DNA of 64,000 bases, from the NCBI GenBank assembly GCA_016748015.1, contig JAAOMT010000258.1, positions 560,173 through 624,172 on the forward strand, in the 5' to 3' direction. The position numbers were made by a program, and so were the translations under genes. The stretch comes from Geosiphon pyriformis uo1. Its lineage: Eukaryota > Fungi > Glomeromycota. The notes beneath the pieces were generated by a model. It saw only the letters and a program-made list of their open reading frames with translations. It was not told the DNA's origin and did no database searches. Shown piece by piece: positions 42,701 through 59,873 of the stretch (position 1 is its first letter; each line of letters starts with the position of its first letter).

Positions 42701-45700
42701 CTTAGTTTTAAGTTTTTTTTATATTAAAGTATTTTATTTGTTATATACATTTTTCAAAACAAAACTAAATTGTATTTTATAACTTACAATTGATTGCAAA
42801 ACTGCAAACACTAAATAAAAAACTGCTTATTTAATAAAGTTTTTTTTAATACCAAGTTAAAAAAAATCTGATATCTTAATATGTTTTAGTCAAACTAGAC
42901 TTTAACATATCTTTAATTAACAAAAAAATATTCAAATATCTATAGGATTTGCTTTTTTTTGCTATTATAATTAATAGTCTACTAATAAACAAAAAAACAT
43001 TTTTAATTTTTTAATTAATAAAAATAACTATTGTTTTTTTATTGTTAATTAAAATATTATTGATAAAAAAAAACTTATTAATAATGTTTAAAATATATTG
43101 TATAAATACATAACTATTTTTTATCTAAATTATATTATTTACAAAAATACTAAATACAAAAAACAAGATTTTGCTTGAACTGGTTTTAATTTTGTCTAAT
43201 ATGGTCAAATTTAATGTTAATTTGGTTTCTGCACAGATGCTTATGTTTTTTAACTTTACATAAAAGTAAATTGTAAAAAATTTTCTAAAAAAAAGACAAA
43301 AAAACTTTATTTTAATCCAATCTATTATGTATTTTGTATTTATTTAAGAACTTAAACTTTGTTATAACTTAATTATCTTTATTTTTATGCAAACTGCCAA
43401 AAAAACTAATAAATTTTTTACATATTTTTTTTTACTTTAGACTTTACTATAAATAATTTTAACTAACAGAATTATAAATTTTATACATATTCTACAAAAT
43501 CAATTATATTTTTTGGCTTTTTTTTAAAGTATTTTTTATAATAAAACTTACCATAAAAACAAAAATTTGCATAGAAATATCTTTAAACACTAAGAAATTG
43601 TTTTCATAAAATACATTAAACTTATTATAAACAAAAAAAACAAAATTTTTCTAGTTGTTTTAATTAAAACTATTAATTTAATATTTATTAATATTACTTT
43701 CTATTTATATAACTTTAAAATTATAGACATCTAAGTTTTTCTTTAAGAAATAAGAACAATTTTTAAAACCAAACAACTATTTAACAAATTTAAAAGACAT
43801 TTTAAATCATGTTTATTACAATACTTTTACAGCTTATTTAGATGCCAAACAAATCTACAGCTTTGCTATTAGAAAAACTTTTAATAGTGGATTTTAATTT
43901 ATCCAAGCTAATTGTTTTTATGACTTTAAAAAAAACACTATTATTTATGTAATCTAAAGACATATACTGGCAAAACTAGATTAAACATGGTTTTTAGCAT
44001 TAAATGCTTTTTTGTTTATTTTTTTATGATCATATTTATCTTAAGTTTTATTTTATTTGGCTTTAGAATCAACTTTTTTCCAATTATCAAATGATCTAAC
44101 ACTATTTTACAAAAGAGTTTTTTTAAAACAAATCTAATTATAAAATTTTTGTCTATGTAAAAAATTTTTATTCTGGTTTTAATTGTTTTTTTAATAGTTG
44201 TAACTTTAACAATCTTCAATTTACATAATTTAAAAACTTAATATTTTTTTCTAGTTTTAAACAAATACAACAGTCTTTATAATTTTGGAAATTAATATTT
44301 TTAACTTATAAAATCTAAAAAACTGCTTGTTTTTAAAAGTATTAAACACATTATACTAATATCTAAAAAAAAGCTTTATTAATTAACTTAACTATTACTT
44401 TTTTTAAAATTTTCTATATAAGTTTCAAATCTTTTTGCTTTTTTATATTTTGAAAATTATTCAAATTTATAGATATTTTAAATAACAAGTAATCCTTAAA
44501 ATGCTTTTATTTTGTATTATTAACATCTTTTATTTTAAACTTTTAACAATTTTTATTAATTTATTTATAAATAACAATTAAATAAATATTCAAAAAATCG
44601 TTCAAACCAAAAAAACTGAGACATTTTTGTAGTCAGTATTAAAAAATTCAAAAACATTAGAAATTTTCCAGTTTATTAATATTAATAAAAGATATTTATT
44701 AACAAAAATATACTTAATAATCTTATTTACATTTCTTTAATTGTTTCAAATTAATAGCTTAGATATAATATCCTTATAAAATGAATTATATAAACTCAAA
44801 TTAAAATATTTCTTAAAACTTATATACTGTTTAAAATTATTTTTATTAAAATTTTCACTTAAAACTATATATATATTGGTATTAATAATATTGGCAATAA
44901 AATTATTAATACCAGCAACCTAAAAAAATCTAGCTTTAAATAAAACACCAATATAAAGCCCAATAACAAACAATAAAACTTTGTTTTTGAAAAAAACTAA
45001 ACAAAAATAATTTGACCAAGAATTTTAAAAATCTTAAAAACATAATAAACCAGAAAATTTCTCACTATTAATGTAATACTCAATTTTCTAAAACCTATAT
45101 CTATATCAGAATTAAATACATAAATTTTATTAAATTTGTTTTTAATCCAAAGCCTAATATTTGTTCTTAATTTAATTTCAGTAATAAATAATATCAAATT
45201 GTTTATATCTTTGTACTATCTAATAATATTATTTTACTTAATTTTATTGTTTATACTTTAATATTATAGATAACAAACTTCTAAACCATATTACTTATTG
45301 AGATAAAAAAAATATTAAAAAACTTAAGCTAACATATAACTAATTTAACCTTATTAAAACTAAACTAACAAAAATCTTAAAAGCTACTATTTTTGACTTT
45401 AGACTACTCATTTTAATAGTTAAGGCTTTAAAGCTACTTAAATTTAAAACTAAAATCTTAACAATTATCAATAAAAAAAAAAGAACAATATTTGTAATTT
45501 ATTTAAATCCATGCTTAAATTTACATCTAAATTAAAAGTTATTAAGTCTTTTAAAACAAGAGAAAAAAAAAACCAATAATGCTAAATTTATATTACTTAA
45601 TTTGTATACAATACTAGATACTTAATTAGCCAGTAACTTTAAAAAGTGGTTTAAAAAAACCAAACAAATATTAATAAATAAAACATTTTAAAAAAAATAA

Positions 45701-47130
45701 AAGATCTTAAGGCACCAAAAAAAAAAACCAGAGCCAAAATCAGAGTAAATATTATTAGAAACAAAAATCAACAAAATTACTTAAGCCCAAAACTTATTAT
45801 TAAAAACAATAGAATATAAAATAAAAATACTCTTTTTAATATATAATTTGGTTAACTAAAAGCAATTTTCTTTTAATATATACTTTTTATATATCTTCAA
45901 AAATAAAAAGAATACTACACTTAAAATATATATATTTTTTATATTAAACCAAATTTAATTTAGCCTAAAAAAGCTTTATACTATTTAAAACTGGCTTTGT
46001 ATAAAAAACTAACTCCAAATTATCTTTTAATTTAAAATCAACTACAGTATAGTTAACTTTATTGTTAATTTTAAATCATTAATTAATAATACAGATTTTT
46101 TTACTGACTTTTTTTAATAAAACAGCAGAATTATAAACAGTTATTTCTATAAACAAAATAAACAAAAGTGTTTTAAACCAATTTTTAGACATCTAAATAT
46201 CATAATTTTCTACAGTTTTAATTACATATACTGAATTTTTTTGATTAGAAACAATTATTTAAATATTAGCAAATTAGCTTGATTTGATTTAATAAATTCT
46301 ATTACAGTTTTTTATTATAGTTCAATTAATTGTAATTAAATTAATACTATTTAATAATACTTAGTTATTGCAGTAATAATCATATTTTTGGCATATTTAT
46401 AAAAATTTTCTTAATTATTACAGTTTAATTTGAATAATAACTTTGTGTTTTAATATTATTGTTTACTTTAATGCTTTTTTTTAACCAATAATACAGTTTT
46501 ATTTATACTTTTTTAATATAAATGTAAATTTAATAATTTTTTTAAATTTTAAAAGAGTAATAGCCTTTCTAAAACTATTAACTATTAAAAAAAATTTCAA
46601 ATAAACTGAATTTTTTTGGTAACTAATTTGTTTTTTATTGCTAAAAAATTAATATTCAAAGCAAATGACTTTTTAATTGGTATTTTTACTAAGTTTTAAT
46701 AATTTTAAGATTAATTTATCTTCTGTTCAAGAAAATATTAAGAAAAAATAGAAAAAGTTCAATATTTTTTTTTATTTTGAAATTAAAAAAACCAAAAAAA
46801 GATCACAATTTATATCAGAATTTATTTTTTTGGCTTTAAAAATAATAGTAGCTAAATCTAAAAAAAACCTATTATTAATATTAATTATAATACTATTGTC
46901 TTCACTATTACTAAACTTATTGTCTATATTCGAATATATATTATTACTAAAACTAAACTTGACCAAAAAAACATCTTTCTTATTATTAGAATATTTAATA
47001 TTATTAAAAATAACTCTTTTTTTTGAGAAAAAAAGCCATTAACAAGATCATAAAAAGCTTCTTTGAGCATTTTTTTCTTAAGCATACTATTACTTAAAGC
47101 AGCTTTTAAGTTTATAATAAAGGGGTTATT
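39720..47130 (-). mobile_element. Dead, near full-length non-LTR retrotransposon (ORF1 - APE endonuclease - RT - RNase H - CCHC)
   Basis: ORF1-like start near 47100. Endonuclease ILFITEIKL..WIKNKF..VF (44997 ORF). RT IFVNNII* (~43125). The ORFs at 42253 and 40021 are paralogous to the + copy ORFs at 34949 and 36035. RNase H is split by an insertion. Confidence 0.8.
40732..41963. mobile_element. Solo LTR-like insertion (~1.23 kb) inside the LINE RNase H domain
   Basis: Starts TGTTA and ends ATAATA. Flanked by ATAC/ATAT. Excision restores the minus-strand frame NINISIKIEV. Confidence 0.65.
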
Positions 47131-50100
47131 AACTTAAAAAATATTAAAAAATAATAACAAAAAAAACAAAAAATTTCATTTTCTAAAAAAATGCTCTTTA
47201 AAGAATTTTAGACATAAAAAATAAAGAAGTTTATAATTATGAATTTTTTATTAAAAACTTTAAAACTTTTAGCAAAACAAAAATTATAAAAAAGAAAAAT
47301 TTTTAATTAAAAACAAAAATAATTTTAATAATTTTATTTTAAAAAAAATTTATTAAGTAATTTTAATAATTATAAATGTTTTATTAATAAATATTTTAAA
47401 AAATAAAAAAATTGCATTTTTTTTAATTATTTAATAAGTAAAATCGAATTGTTATTTAATATAATACAATAGATAAGTATTTTAAACTAGATACAACTCA
47501 TATATTTTTTATATATAACTAATATTATTCATAAAATAAAATAAAAAAGAAATAATTAATAATATAATATAAATTACCAAATTATATAATATTAAAAATT
47601 TTAAAAATGTCAAAAATTTAATAATAATTTAATAAAATTGTAGAAATTTTATATTGTAAAGATTTATATAGTAAAAAAAACAAACAAAAATTTTTAAAAA
47701 CAAGTTAATTTTATCTTATTAAGTAATTTTTTCAGTTAGTAATTTAATACTTAAAATTTATATTTATTTAAATAAATTTATTATTCATATTATTCAAATT
47801 CAATTTTATGAATTTATACTTATTTTATTAAAATTTAATTACTTTTTTATTTTTATTTTATTTTTTCTGTTTTGTTTGTTTTGTATTTACTAATTAATTA
47901 AAAAGTATTAAAATTATAATATTAAAAATTGCCTAATAAAAACATTAAAAAAAAGTATAAAATATATTTAAAAACTAAAATTTATTTACTAAATAAAAAA
48001 CACTAAAATAAACTAATTATTATATTAAAAAAATAAAACATTAAGTATTAATATTTTTTATTTATTAACTAATTTATAAAAGCAATACCAAATCTTTTTA
48101 AAAACTAAACTATTTTAAAATAAACAATATTTAAAATATTAAACATAAAAATATTCTTAATAAACCAAAAAATTTTAAACAAATTATTTATAAGAAAAAT
48201 ATTATAATTTATAAAAACTTTAATAACTTTAGCCAAAAAATTGTTTTAAAAATTAATATTTAATTTGTTAAATATTATAAAAAATTTTTGGATATCCAAT
48301 TTAATATTTATAAGTTTATAGAATAATTATTAAATAAATAGCTTAAAATATTACAAAAATTAAAAATAGTTATAGTAATATAAATAAATAAATAATAATA
48401 TATGTTTTTTTATTAAATTTTTTTAATAATATATTAAGATTATATATAGTTATACTTATAAATAAAATATATAAAAGTGTTTTAAACTAATTTTTAAATA
48501 ATTAAGTAACATAATTTTTAATAGTTTTAACTATATATATAGAGTTTTTTCTAATTAAGATAAATTATATTAATATTAAAATATTAATTTAATAATAATT
48601 ATAGGCTAATTTAAATATACTTTATGTCTTTTAAAATTGTTGTTTATTAAGATCTTTATTTTATATATTAAAGCTTTAGCTTTAATTAAAGTTTTTTTAA
48701 AAGTAAAGATAAATTTAATAATTTTAAGAAAATAATAATTTTTTTAAATCTATTTATTAAAAAAAATTTTTTTTTAATAATCTGTATTTTTGCTGTAATG
48801 TTTTTTTTTAATTACTAAAAAATAAATATTCAAAACATAAGATTTCTTAATAAATATTTTCATTTTTTTTTTGATAATTTTAAAATTCATTATTTTTTTT
48901 TAAAATAAGAAAGTTGAATAAAAAAAATTATTTATATAATAGTTATAAGCACTAATAAAAAGACCAACTATTATATTAATATTAAATTTTTTATCTTAAA
49001 AATATATATTTCAAAATTAAGATAAGATTAATTTTTATTATCTGTTTTATAATTATTATCAGTTAAAAAAATACTACTTATTTTTTTAAAAATTTGTTAA
49101 TAATAACTAAAAATTTGTTTAAAAATATTTTATTTTATTTTTTAAATACCTAATATTTTTAACTAAATTTTTTTGCTTTTAAAAAAAAGTAATATTAATA
49201 AAATTATAAACAAATTCTTTTACTATCTTTTTTTTGTTATGCTATTATTAAAAGCAAATATCAGATTTATTATAAAAAAGTAAAAATATTGAGAAATATA
49301 ATAAGTAAAAAACAAAAACTTTTTTATTAAAATAATGTTTTTTAAGAAATTTAAAATATACAAAAAAAATAAAAATTTATTTTTATATTTTTCACTTTGG
49401 TTATAATTATGAAAATACATAATATATACTTATTATTAGTATTTATATGTTTTTTACTAATAATATATTTAATTATAAAAAGAATTTTATATAATGCTAA
49501 TTTAAATTATAAATAATTATATATAATTAATTATTTAAATTAATTAAAATTTTTTTATTCAATATCTATTTAAGAATTTTTTACTATTATTTATAATAGT
49601 TTATATATTTTAATAATACAAAAATATTTTTATTAAATATTATATTTTTTAAATTATTTTTAAATTTATTATGTTTTTATTATTTTTATATTTAAGTATT
49701 ATAATTATTTGTTTTTTTAATATTATTTTTGACATTCAAACTTTTTTTAATTAATTTTATAATTTATAATTTTGTTAATTTATTTTATAATTATATTTAC
49801 ATATTAAATTTTTTATTTAAATATTTTATTATTTTTGTATAAGTTTTTATATCTCTTTTTTGTTGTTGTTTTTTTTATTAACATTTATTAATTTATTAAA
49901 ATTAAATTTATTTTAGTTTTAATTGTTTATATTTAATTTAAAATATAAGTTATTTTAATTTTAATTAGTATTATTATTATATTTAAAAATATAATTTAAC
50001 TTTTTAATATTATTATATGTTTATTTTTTAAACCAAATTTTAAATTATTATTAATTTTCTAAATTTTCACAACTTTTTTTTGGTTTATTTTATTAATAAT

Positions 50101-50944
50101 ATATATTTAAAATTTAATAATTTTAATAAATTTCTATTTTATACAAAATTTTTTTAAATATAAATTTTTTATAACCTTTTTTATATTATAAAATCTAGTT
50201 ATTTTTTAACAATTTTTGAAAAATATATTTTTTTTGATTAAATAATATTTAATTATATTAATAATTAAGTTGTTAAGTTTAAATTTAATAATAATTAAAA
50301 AAAATATTTTCTTTAATAATTTTTTAATTATAATAAATATATAAGTTTCACTTATTAAATAAATAAATAAATAAAAACATTGTTTTAATATTTATAATCT
50401 ATTTTTAAAATCATTTTAAATCATAATAATAAATATATAAAAATCAAAAAACTTTTTTTCTTATTAATTCTTTATTTATAATAAAAATTAAAAAAAGCTA
50501 AAAAAATATTTTACTCTTTTACTTTTTACTCTATTTTTTAATAAATTACTTTTTCAATATATTTTTGTTTGTAAAAATAAATTTAATAGATTTTTTTGTT
50601 AGTATTTTAAATATAAACAAAGCTAAAATAGAAATTTATTTTAATATAAGAAAAAAATTATATCTATATATATTTATAAAATACTAATAAAAAAGCTAAA
50701 AAAATTATTTTTAAGATTAATATAATTGATTAAATAATAAAATAAATAATATTAATAATGTATTAAATATTAATAACTTAAAAAATTCAATTATAAAAAA
50801 AATTTATTATGTAAATCTAAATGATTTAAAAGATATAAATAAAGTAATTTTATGAAAAATTTATATTTAAATCTATAATTTAATTAAACTATTATTATTA
50901 ATTTTTTTTAATAACATAAATAATAATAATATTTTAAACTTTTT

Positions 50945-51200
50945 TTTTAAGTCTATTAATACAAAATTTTTAATGTTAACTACAAAAAAAAAGTTTTAAT
51001 TTAGCGATTAATATAGTAGTTATTAATAAAAAAAATTTAAATAATAAGTTAAAATTTGATAAAATTATTTTATCAAATAATATAATTTTAAAAATATTTT
51101 TATTAAGTCTATTAATATAAAATTTTTAATGTTAATTACAAAAAAAAAGTTTTAATTTGGCTTAATATTATAATAATTAATAAAAAAAAATTAAATATTA
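50945..51200 (+). repeat. Local direct duplication (~60+ bp core, copies ~156 bp apart)
   Basis: ttaagtctattaatacaaaatttttaatgttaactacaaaaaaaaagttttaattt recurs near 51103 with C>T differences. Confidence 0.8.
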
Positions 51201-51219
51201 AATAACTTATAATCAAAAC

Positions 51220-51460
51220 TTTTTATAAAAAAATTAATTTTTATAACAAAATAACTAAATATTATTAAAAAATTTACAAATAAAATATTTTTGAAAAAGT
51301 TAATTTTTACTACAAAACAACTATACAAATAATTAATATAAAATTAATTCTAATATAAACTTAATAATAATAATAATTCAAAAAAAATACTTTAAAAATA
51401 AATTAATTTATTAAAATTTTACCAATTTTTATTCAAAATAATATTAACAATATTAGCAAA
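51220..51460 (+). mobile_element. Third, more degenerate fragment of LTR family A
   Basis: gttaatttttactacaaaacaactatacaaataattaatat matches 34690-34730 and 38220-38260. Confidence 0.65.
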
Positions 51461-54400
51461 TATTTAAAATTTTTAATAATATTATTATAAAATAGTTAAA
51501 AATATTGATTAAATATTAATATAAATATTATTACTGTTTACACAAACAATTTTAATTAAAAACTTAGATTTTTGTAATATAGTTATAAGTATTGTTGTCT
51601 GTTTTTTAGATTTTGATTTTAAATAAAAGTTAATATTTATAATGTTTTTTAATTTATTATAATTATATTAATAATATTATTAATATAAAATTAAAACTTA
51701 TTTTAACATAATTAGCAATAAATATATTAACTTTTTTACTAGTAATTTTACATATTTGTCTTTTATTTTATGTTTTAATATTTATAAATAATATTTAATT
51801 ACAAAAAACTAGCTTATTTTTAAAAATACATAATATTTTGTTAGAAAATTGTTTAATTTTGTTAGTTTTATTAAATAAAAATTAAAGTTTACTAAAAAAT
51901 TTGTAAACAGAATATTTGTTTATAATTTTAATTTGGTATATATAATTTTAATTTAATAAACTTAATATTTTTTGCTTTTTGTTTTTATTTTATAAAAGCT
52001 TTACATAAAAATTTGTTGATTATTATAAAAAAAATTATATGTTTTTATATATTTAAGTATTGCTTGCTTATATTATAAGTTGTTAAAAAATTCAGATTAT
52101 GTTTTCTTGTATAATATTAATTTTATTATTAAAAAAGATATTGTTTTTAATATTATTGTTAAATAAATACATATTTCTAATTATTTGGCTATAAATTTAT
52201 TAATTATTTAATTATTATATAATATATTTGTTAATAATATTATAAAAATATTTTTTTGGTATATTAATTATAATTAGTTTTTTGTAAATTCTTTAATTTT
52301 ATTTGTATAATAATATTGATATTATATTAAAGACTTTTTTATTGATATTGTAATATAAGTTATTTTTTAAATTTTAATTATTATGTATATTTATGTATTT
52401 TTTTTAAAGATTAATTTAAAATCTATTCACAATAGTAAAGTCTTTTTTAAAACTATTTTTGCAATTATCTAAAGTATTTTTTTAATTTAAAACATAAAAT
52501 ATTAATAGTTTTTAGCATTTTTTATAATTTTTATAATAAATTTTTTATCAATTAATAATAATATAAATAATTTTGATTAGAAATTATTTTTTTAAAGAAT
52601 TCAGTTAATAAATAATAGTTTTATTTAATAAATAATACAAATAAGTTTCTTAATATTTTTAATTATAATAATTCAAATTTTAATATTATTTTTTATTAAA
52701 AATTTCGTTGAATATTTATAAAAAATAAAAATAAAGATAGATTTATTAAAATTGTTGTTCTTAAAACTATTATATATATATATGTTTATAATTCTATAAA
52801 AAATATATTATAATAATTTTTTTTAATATTTTAATATAGTGCTTACTATAATTATAAAATAATACTTGTTATTATATTAATTATTATCTTTTTAAAATTA
52901 TTACTGTGCTATATTATGATTGAATAATTTATATTATTTTATAAATTTTTACTAAATTTTTAAATCATAATAATTATTATTTTTATAAAATTGTAATTAA
53001 AAATTTGTTTTAAAATATTTGTTTTTTAAGACTGTAAAAATATTTGATAATACTAAAAAAACTATTATATAAATATGTAATAAAAGATTATTTATTTTAT
53101 ATTTAAATTTTAATATATAAATTAAGAATATAAATAGAGATTTAAAATAAATACAATTTTAAATATGTATTTTATTATTTTATTATAAAGAATAAAATTT
53201 AATTATCATAAATTATAAAATATATATTTTTTCAATGTTAATATTAAAATTAATTAAAGCAATTTTCTGTTATTTATTATAATATATTAGGATTAAATTG
53301 TTCAAATTTTCAATTTTTTGGTAAATTTAAGATTAGGAATATATTAATTATTATAATAATTTATTTATTATATATTATATGTTATAAGTAAAAGCTGTTT
53401 GTTTAAAATTAGATCTTAAAATACTTTTATATTAATGGAGAAGAGTTTTTTGACCGTTTTTAATATTTATGGTTTTAAAAAGTATTCTAGTATTAATGCT
53501 GAGATTAGAATTTGTATATGAATTGAACTTTTTTTTTTAAGATGTTTTATCAAAAAGTTTTTATTTAAAAATTTTTATTGATTTAATATTTACTTTTTTG
53601 AAAGTCATTTTTGTAAATATTCAAAAAATTATATTATATAAAAAAAAATCTTAATAAAACTTAAATTTGCAATTACAAATTTTAAAAATCTTTAAAATTT
53701 TCATTTTTTAAGGTTTAAAATTTTTATTTTTAAGGTTTAAAATTTAATTTATGTATGAAGTGACATTTAATATATGAAACTTGATGAATTTGATTTTATA
53801 AAAAAATCAAATAATTTAATATAGCAAATTTTTTTGTTTTCCTTCAGTATTAAAACTTTGGTTGAACAATTATTTTTTTAAAAAAAAGATAAAGAGTCGA
53901 ATATTTTAAAAATAAAATTCCATTGATTATAAACTGCAACATGATTAAATTAATAGATTTTTCACAAATATATTTGTGTGTCCTGAATTGAAAATTGGAA
54001 TAGTCAATGTTTTATTCCAAAAGTGGTCATATTGTTAGTATATCGAAAAAAATACTAAATGATCAAAAAAAAAAATATTTTTCTTGAATTAACTGTTTAA
54101 ATATCCTTGAATTATTCATAAAAGATAAAAAACTAAAAAAATTGTTGTAAAGATGCTATAAATTTTTCTTATATTTGAATGGCTCTAAATATTTTGAATG
54201 TGAAAAAAGTTTATTTAAAAGTTTTGCTAGATTTGAGATTTTTTTGTTTGTTTTGTAGTTTTTTTTTTTTTTTTTTTCGTTTGATGGTTAAAAGATTTGA
54301 AAAATATGGTTGATTTTTCTTTTATTTAATTTCATAATATAAACCAGAAGTTAAGGCTTCATTTCCATGATATAAGTTAACGATCGAATTTCAATTTTGT

Positions 54401-54869
54401 AAAATTAAAATCGTGTTAATTTTGAAATATTTTTTCTAAACAAATCTTGAAACTTTTTTTTTTTTAAGTAAGTATTTTTGAAATCTTTAAAAAATTGAAA
54501 AATAAAATAAATAAATGCTATAATTCTTTTCTATTGTATTTATGAACAAGATTTCAAATTTTTGTAAAAAGTTTTCTATAGTTTCCCCAGCTGAAATGAT
54601 TAGTATAGCTATAATTAATTTTTACTAAACTGCAGATCACGGGATTTGAATTAAACCCACCCACACAAACAAATATATCAGAGGTTTAAATAATGATTTC
54701 ATCTTAATTATTTTCCCTTATCGCTATGATATTCCTGCCTGTCAAAAATGGCGCGTTACACATGATAATTCTGAACCAAATTTGTCCGAAAACATTGACT
54801 ATTTTAAAGGAGTATATAAAAACGTCATTTTTGAACAATAAAATTAATTGAATAATAATGTATTGCCCT

Positions 54870-54870
<1 letters not shown>

Positions 54871-54903
<33 letters not shown>
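54871..54903. repeat. (CT)n microsatellite downstream of a TATA-like tatataaaa (~54814)
   Basis: Direct reading. Confidence 0.9.
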
Positions 54904-54907
<4 letters not shown>

Positions 54908-55249
54908 CCTTTCGTTTGTTAGAGAAAAAAGAAAATTTTTTTATCAAGGTCCAATTTTGATTGTCCTTTAAAATTACTTTGTTACAAAGTATAATTTCTT
55001 GAAAATTTAAAGGTTTTTTTTTGCCCTAATCTTCCGATTCAGAATAATTACCCCAGATGTGAGTAAGTGTTCTCAATTTTAAAGAGATTCAAGTTTAAGA
55101 TATTGGGGATTCAAAAATAATTTCATTTAATTACAATCAAAATTTTATATTTTAAAGAAATAAAAATTAAAAAAATTAGAATCAAAAGGTTATATAATTC
55201 CAAGTGATGTTTTTCTTTTAAAAGACTTTTTCTAATAAATTTCCTTGCA

Positions 55250-55297
55250 AGCCAGCCAGCCAGCCAGCCAGCTAGCTAGCTAGCTGGCTGGCTGGCT
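55250..55297. repeat. Compound tetranucleotide repeat (AGCC)5(AGCT)4(GGCT)3 containing a perfect 40-bp palindrome
   Basis: 55258-55297 equals its own reverse complement. Confidence 0.95.
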
Positions 55298-56078
55298 AAC
55301 TAAAATTAACATACAAATTAAAGATATTCTCCTTTTAAATAAGTTAATATACGTAGACTATTATTCCCCATTAACATTTTAAGAAATGAAGGTGAATCTC
55401 TTTCAAAAATTGTTGAATTTTGATCAAAAATTCGTATCTATCACCTTTAAAAATCATTAATTAGAATTCATAACGTAAACGTATTAAATTTTATCAATCA
55501 CACACATTTGAATGTTTATACCCAAATAAACATTTATTTTTAAAAATCAAAAATTGTCAAGTGTCACACCTGTTCAATCATTCTAGCATAAATCATTTAT
55601 TCATAATTCTAACCTCGGCCCGTCAAAGCCAAGCACGGAAATGTGGCATCATTTGGATGGTTCAAACTCAAATTGTATAATACTATTGTATTTATCTGCA
55701 ATTGCCCCAAAAGATCTGCTTAAATCAAACTCCTTTTTAATTGTTTGAACTGGTTTTACCAATTGCTACAAAAGGATGTAATGCATCAATTCGATCAACC
55801 ATTCGGATCACCCGGGATTTCATGTTTGCATTTTTGAGATATATACATCATAAAAAGAGTGATCCCTTTTTCTACTGGATAAATTTAATTTTGCCTTTTT
55901 TTACTTTTCTTCCTTTCTATATCAATTTTTACTTCCTTTCTTCCTTATCTTTCGTTTTCTTTTGAACTTTTCTTTATAATTCACCCTTCCCTTTTTTTTT
56001 TAGAAAATTTTCTTGATTCATCATCAAGATTTTAAATTAGTTTGATGTTCCTGTAAAAATAAATTCAGGTAATGAAAT

Positions 56079-59279
<3,201 letters not shown>

Positions 59280-59873
59280 TATTCATGGCATTATTCTGAT
59301 TTTTTTATTTTCCCAGTAAAATTTGATCATCTTTAGGCAATTAAATTGAAAATTATTTAATCCCACAACTGCCAGTTGTTATGGAAATTAGAAAATTTTG
59401 TCGAGAACTTCAATACATTGTCTTGGTAATATAGTGGCTTTAATAAAACGTAAAGTTGTTTGGAATGCAGGTTTCTTGATAGAAAATGAAAGCTAAATAT
59501 GAAATTTACCATAATATCTCTATGATGAAATAAATCACTTTTTTGTTAATAGAAAAAGCACGTCAGACGTCACATTCAAAATTAAAAACTAAGAGTAATT
59601 CATTTCTTGAAGTAAATAATATTGGAATAAGTTTAAGCTTGATGGGTTTACAAGATTTCAAGGATTTAATGATTTATAATAGGCCTGCTTGTATTTCATT
59701 CGCGGGAAACTTATCATGATGGAGAATATGAATACAGAAAATCAATAATATTTTATCTGCTAAAAAGTGTATTGATTAAATCAATTAAAAACTTTGTCGC
59801 GTTACCAAAAAAGGACGACGCGTGAATGTTATTTTTGTTTACTAATTGATGTCGCACTGCTTATTCCTCGCAA

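Larger units (their letters stand above)
31500..54500. repeat. Hypermutated AT-rich transposon island (~23 kb) with almost no CpG
   Basis: Visibly very low GC. Only about 13 CpG found by eye in 31.5-53.5 kb. Contains decodable LINE and LTR relics. The 47.2-53.4 kb part is mostly too degenerate to decode. Confidence 0.9.

Noticed and set aside
34949-49420. Short I/K/N/F/L-rich ORFs in the AT island as real genes
   Set aside because: They are stop-bounded remnants of hypermutated LINE ORFs, or chance ORFs in low-complexity DNA.
31500-54500. AT island as mitochondrial insertion, endobacterial (Mollicutes-like) DNA or alternative-genetic-code sequence
   Set aside because: Decodable parts are LINE/LTR-derived. 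Stops are TAA/TAG/TGA arising from mutated codons. No organellar or bacterial genes were recognised.
59560-59575. CRE-like acgtcagacg motif (also at ~62981)
   Set aside because: Too short and not tied to an identifiable promoter.
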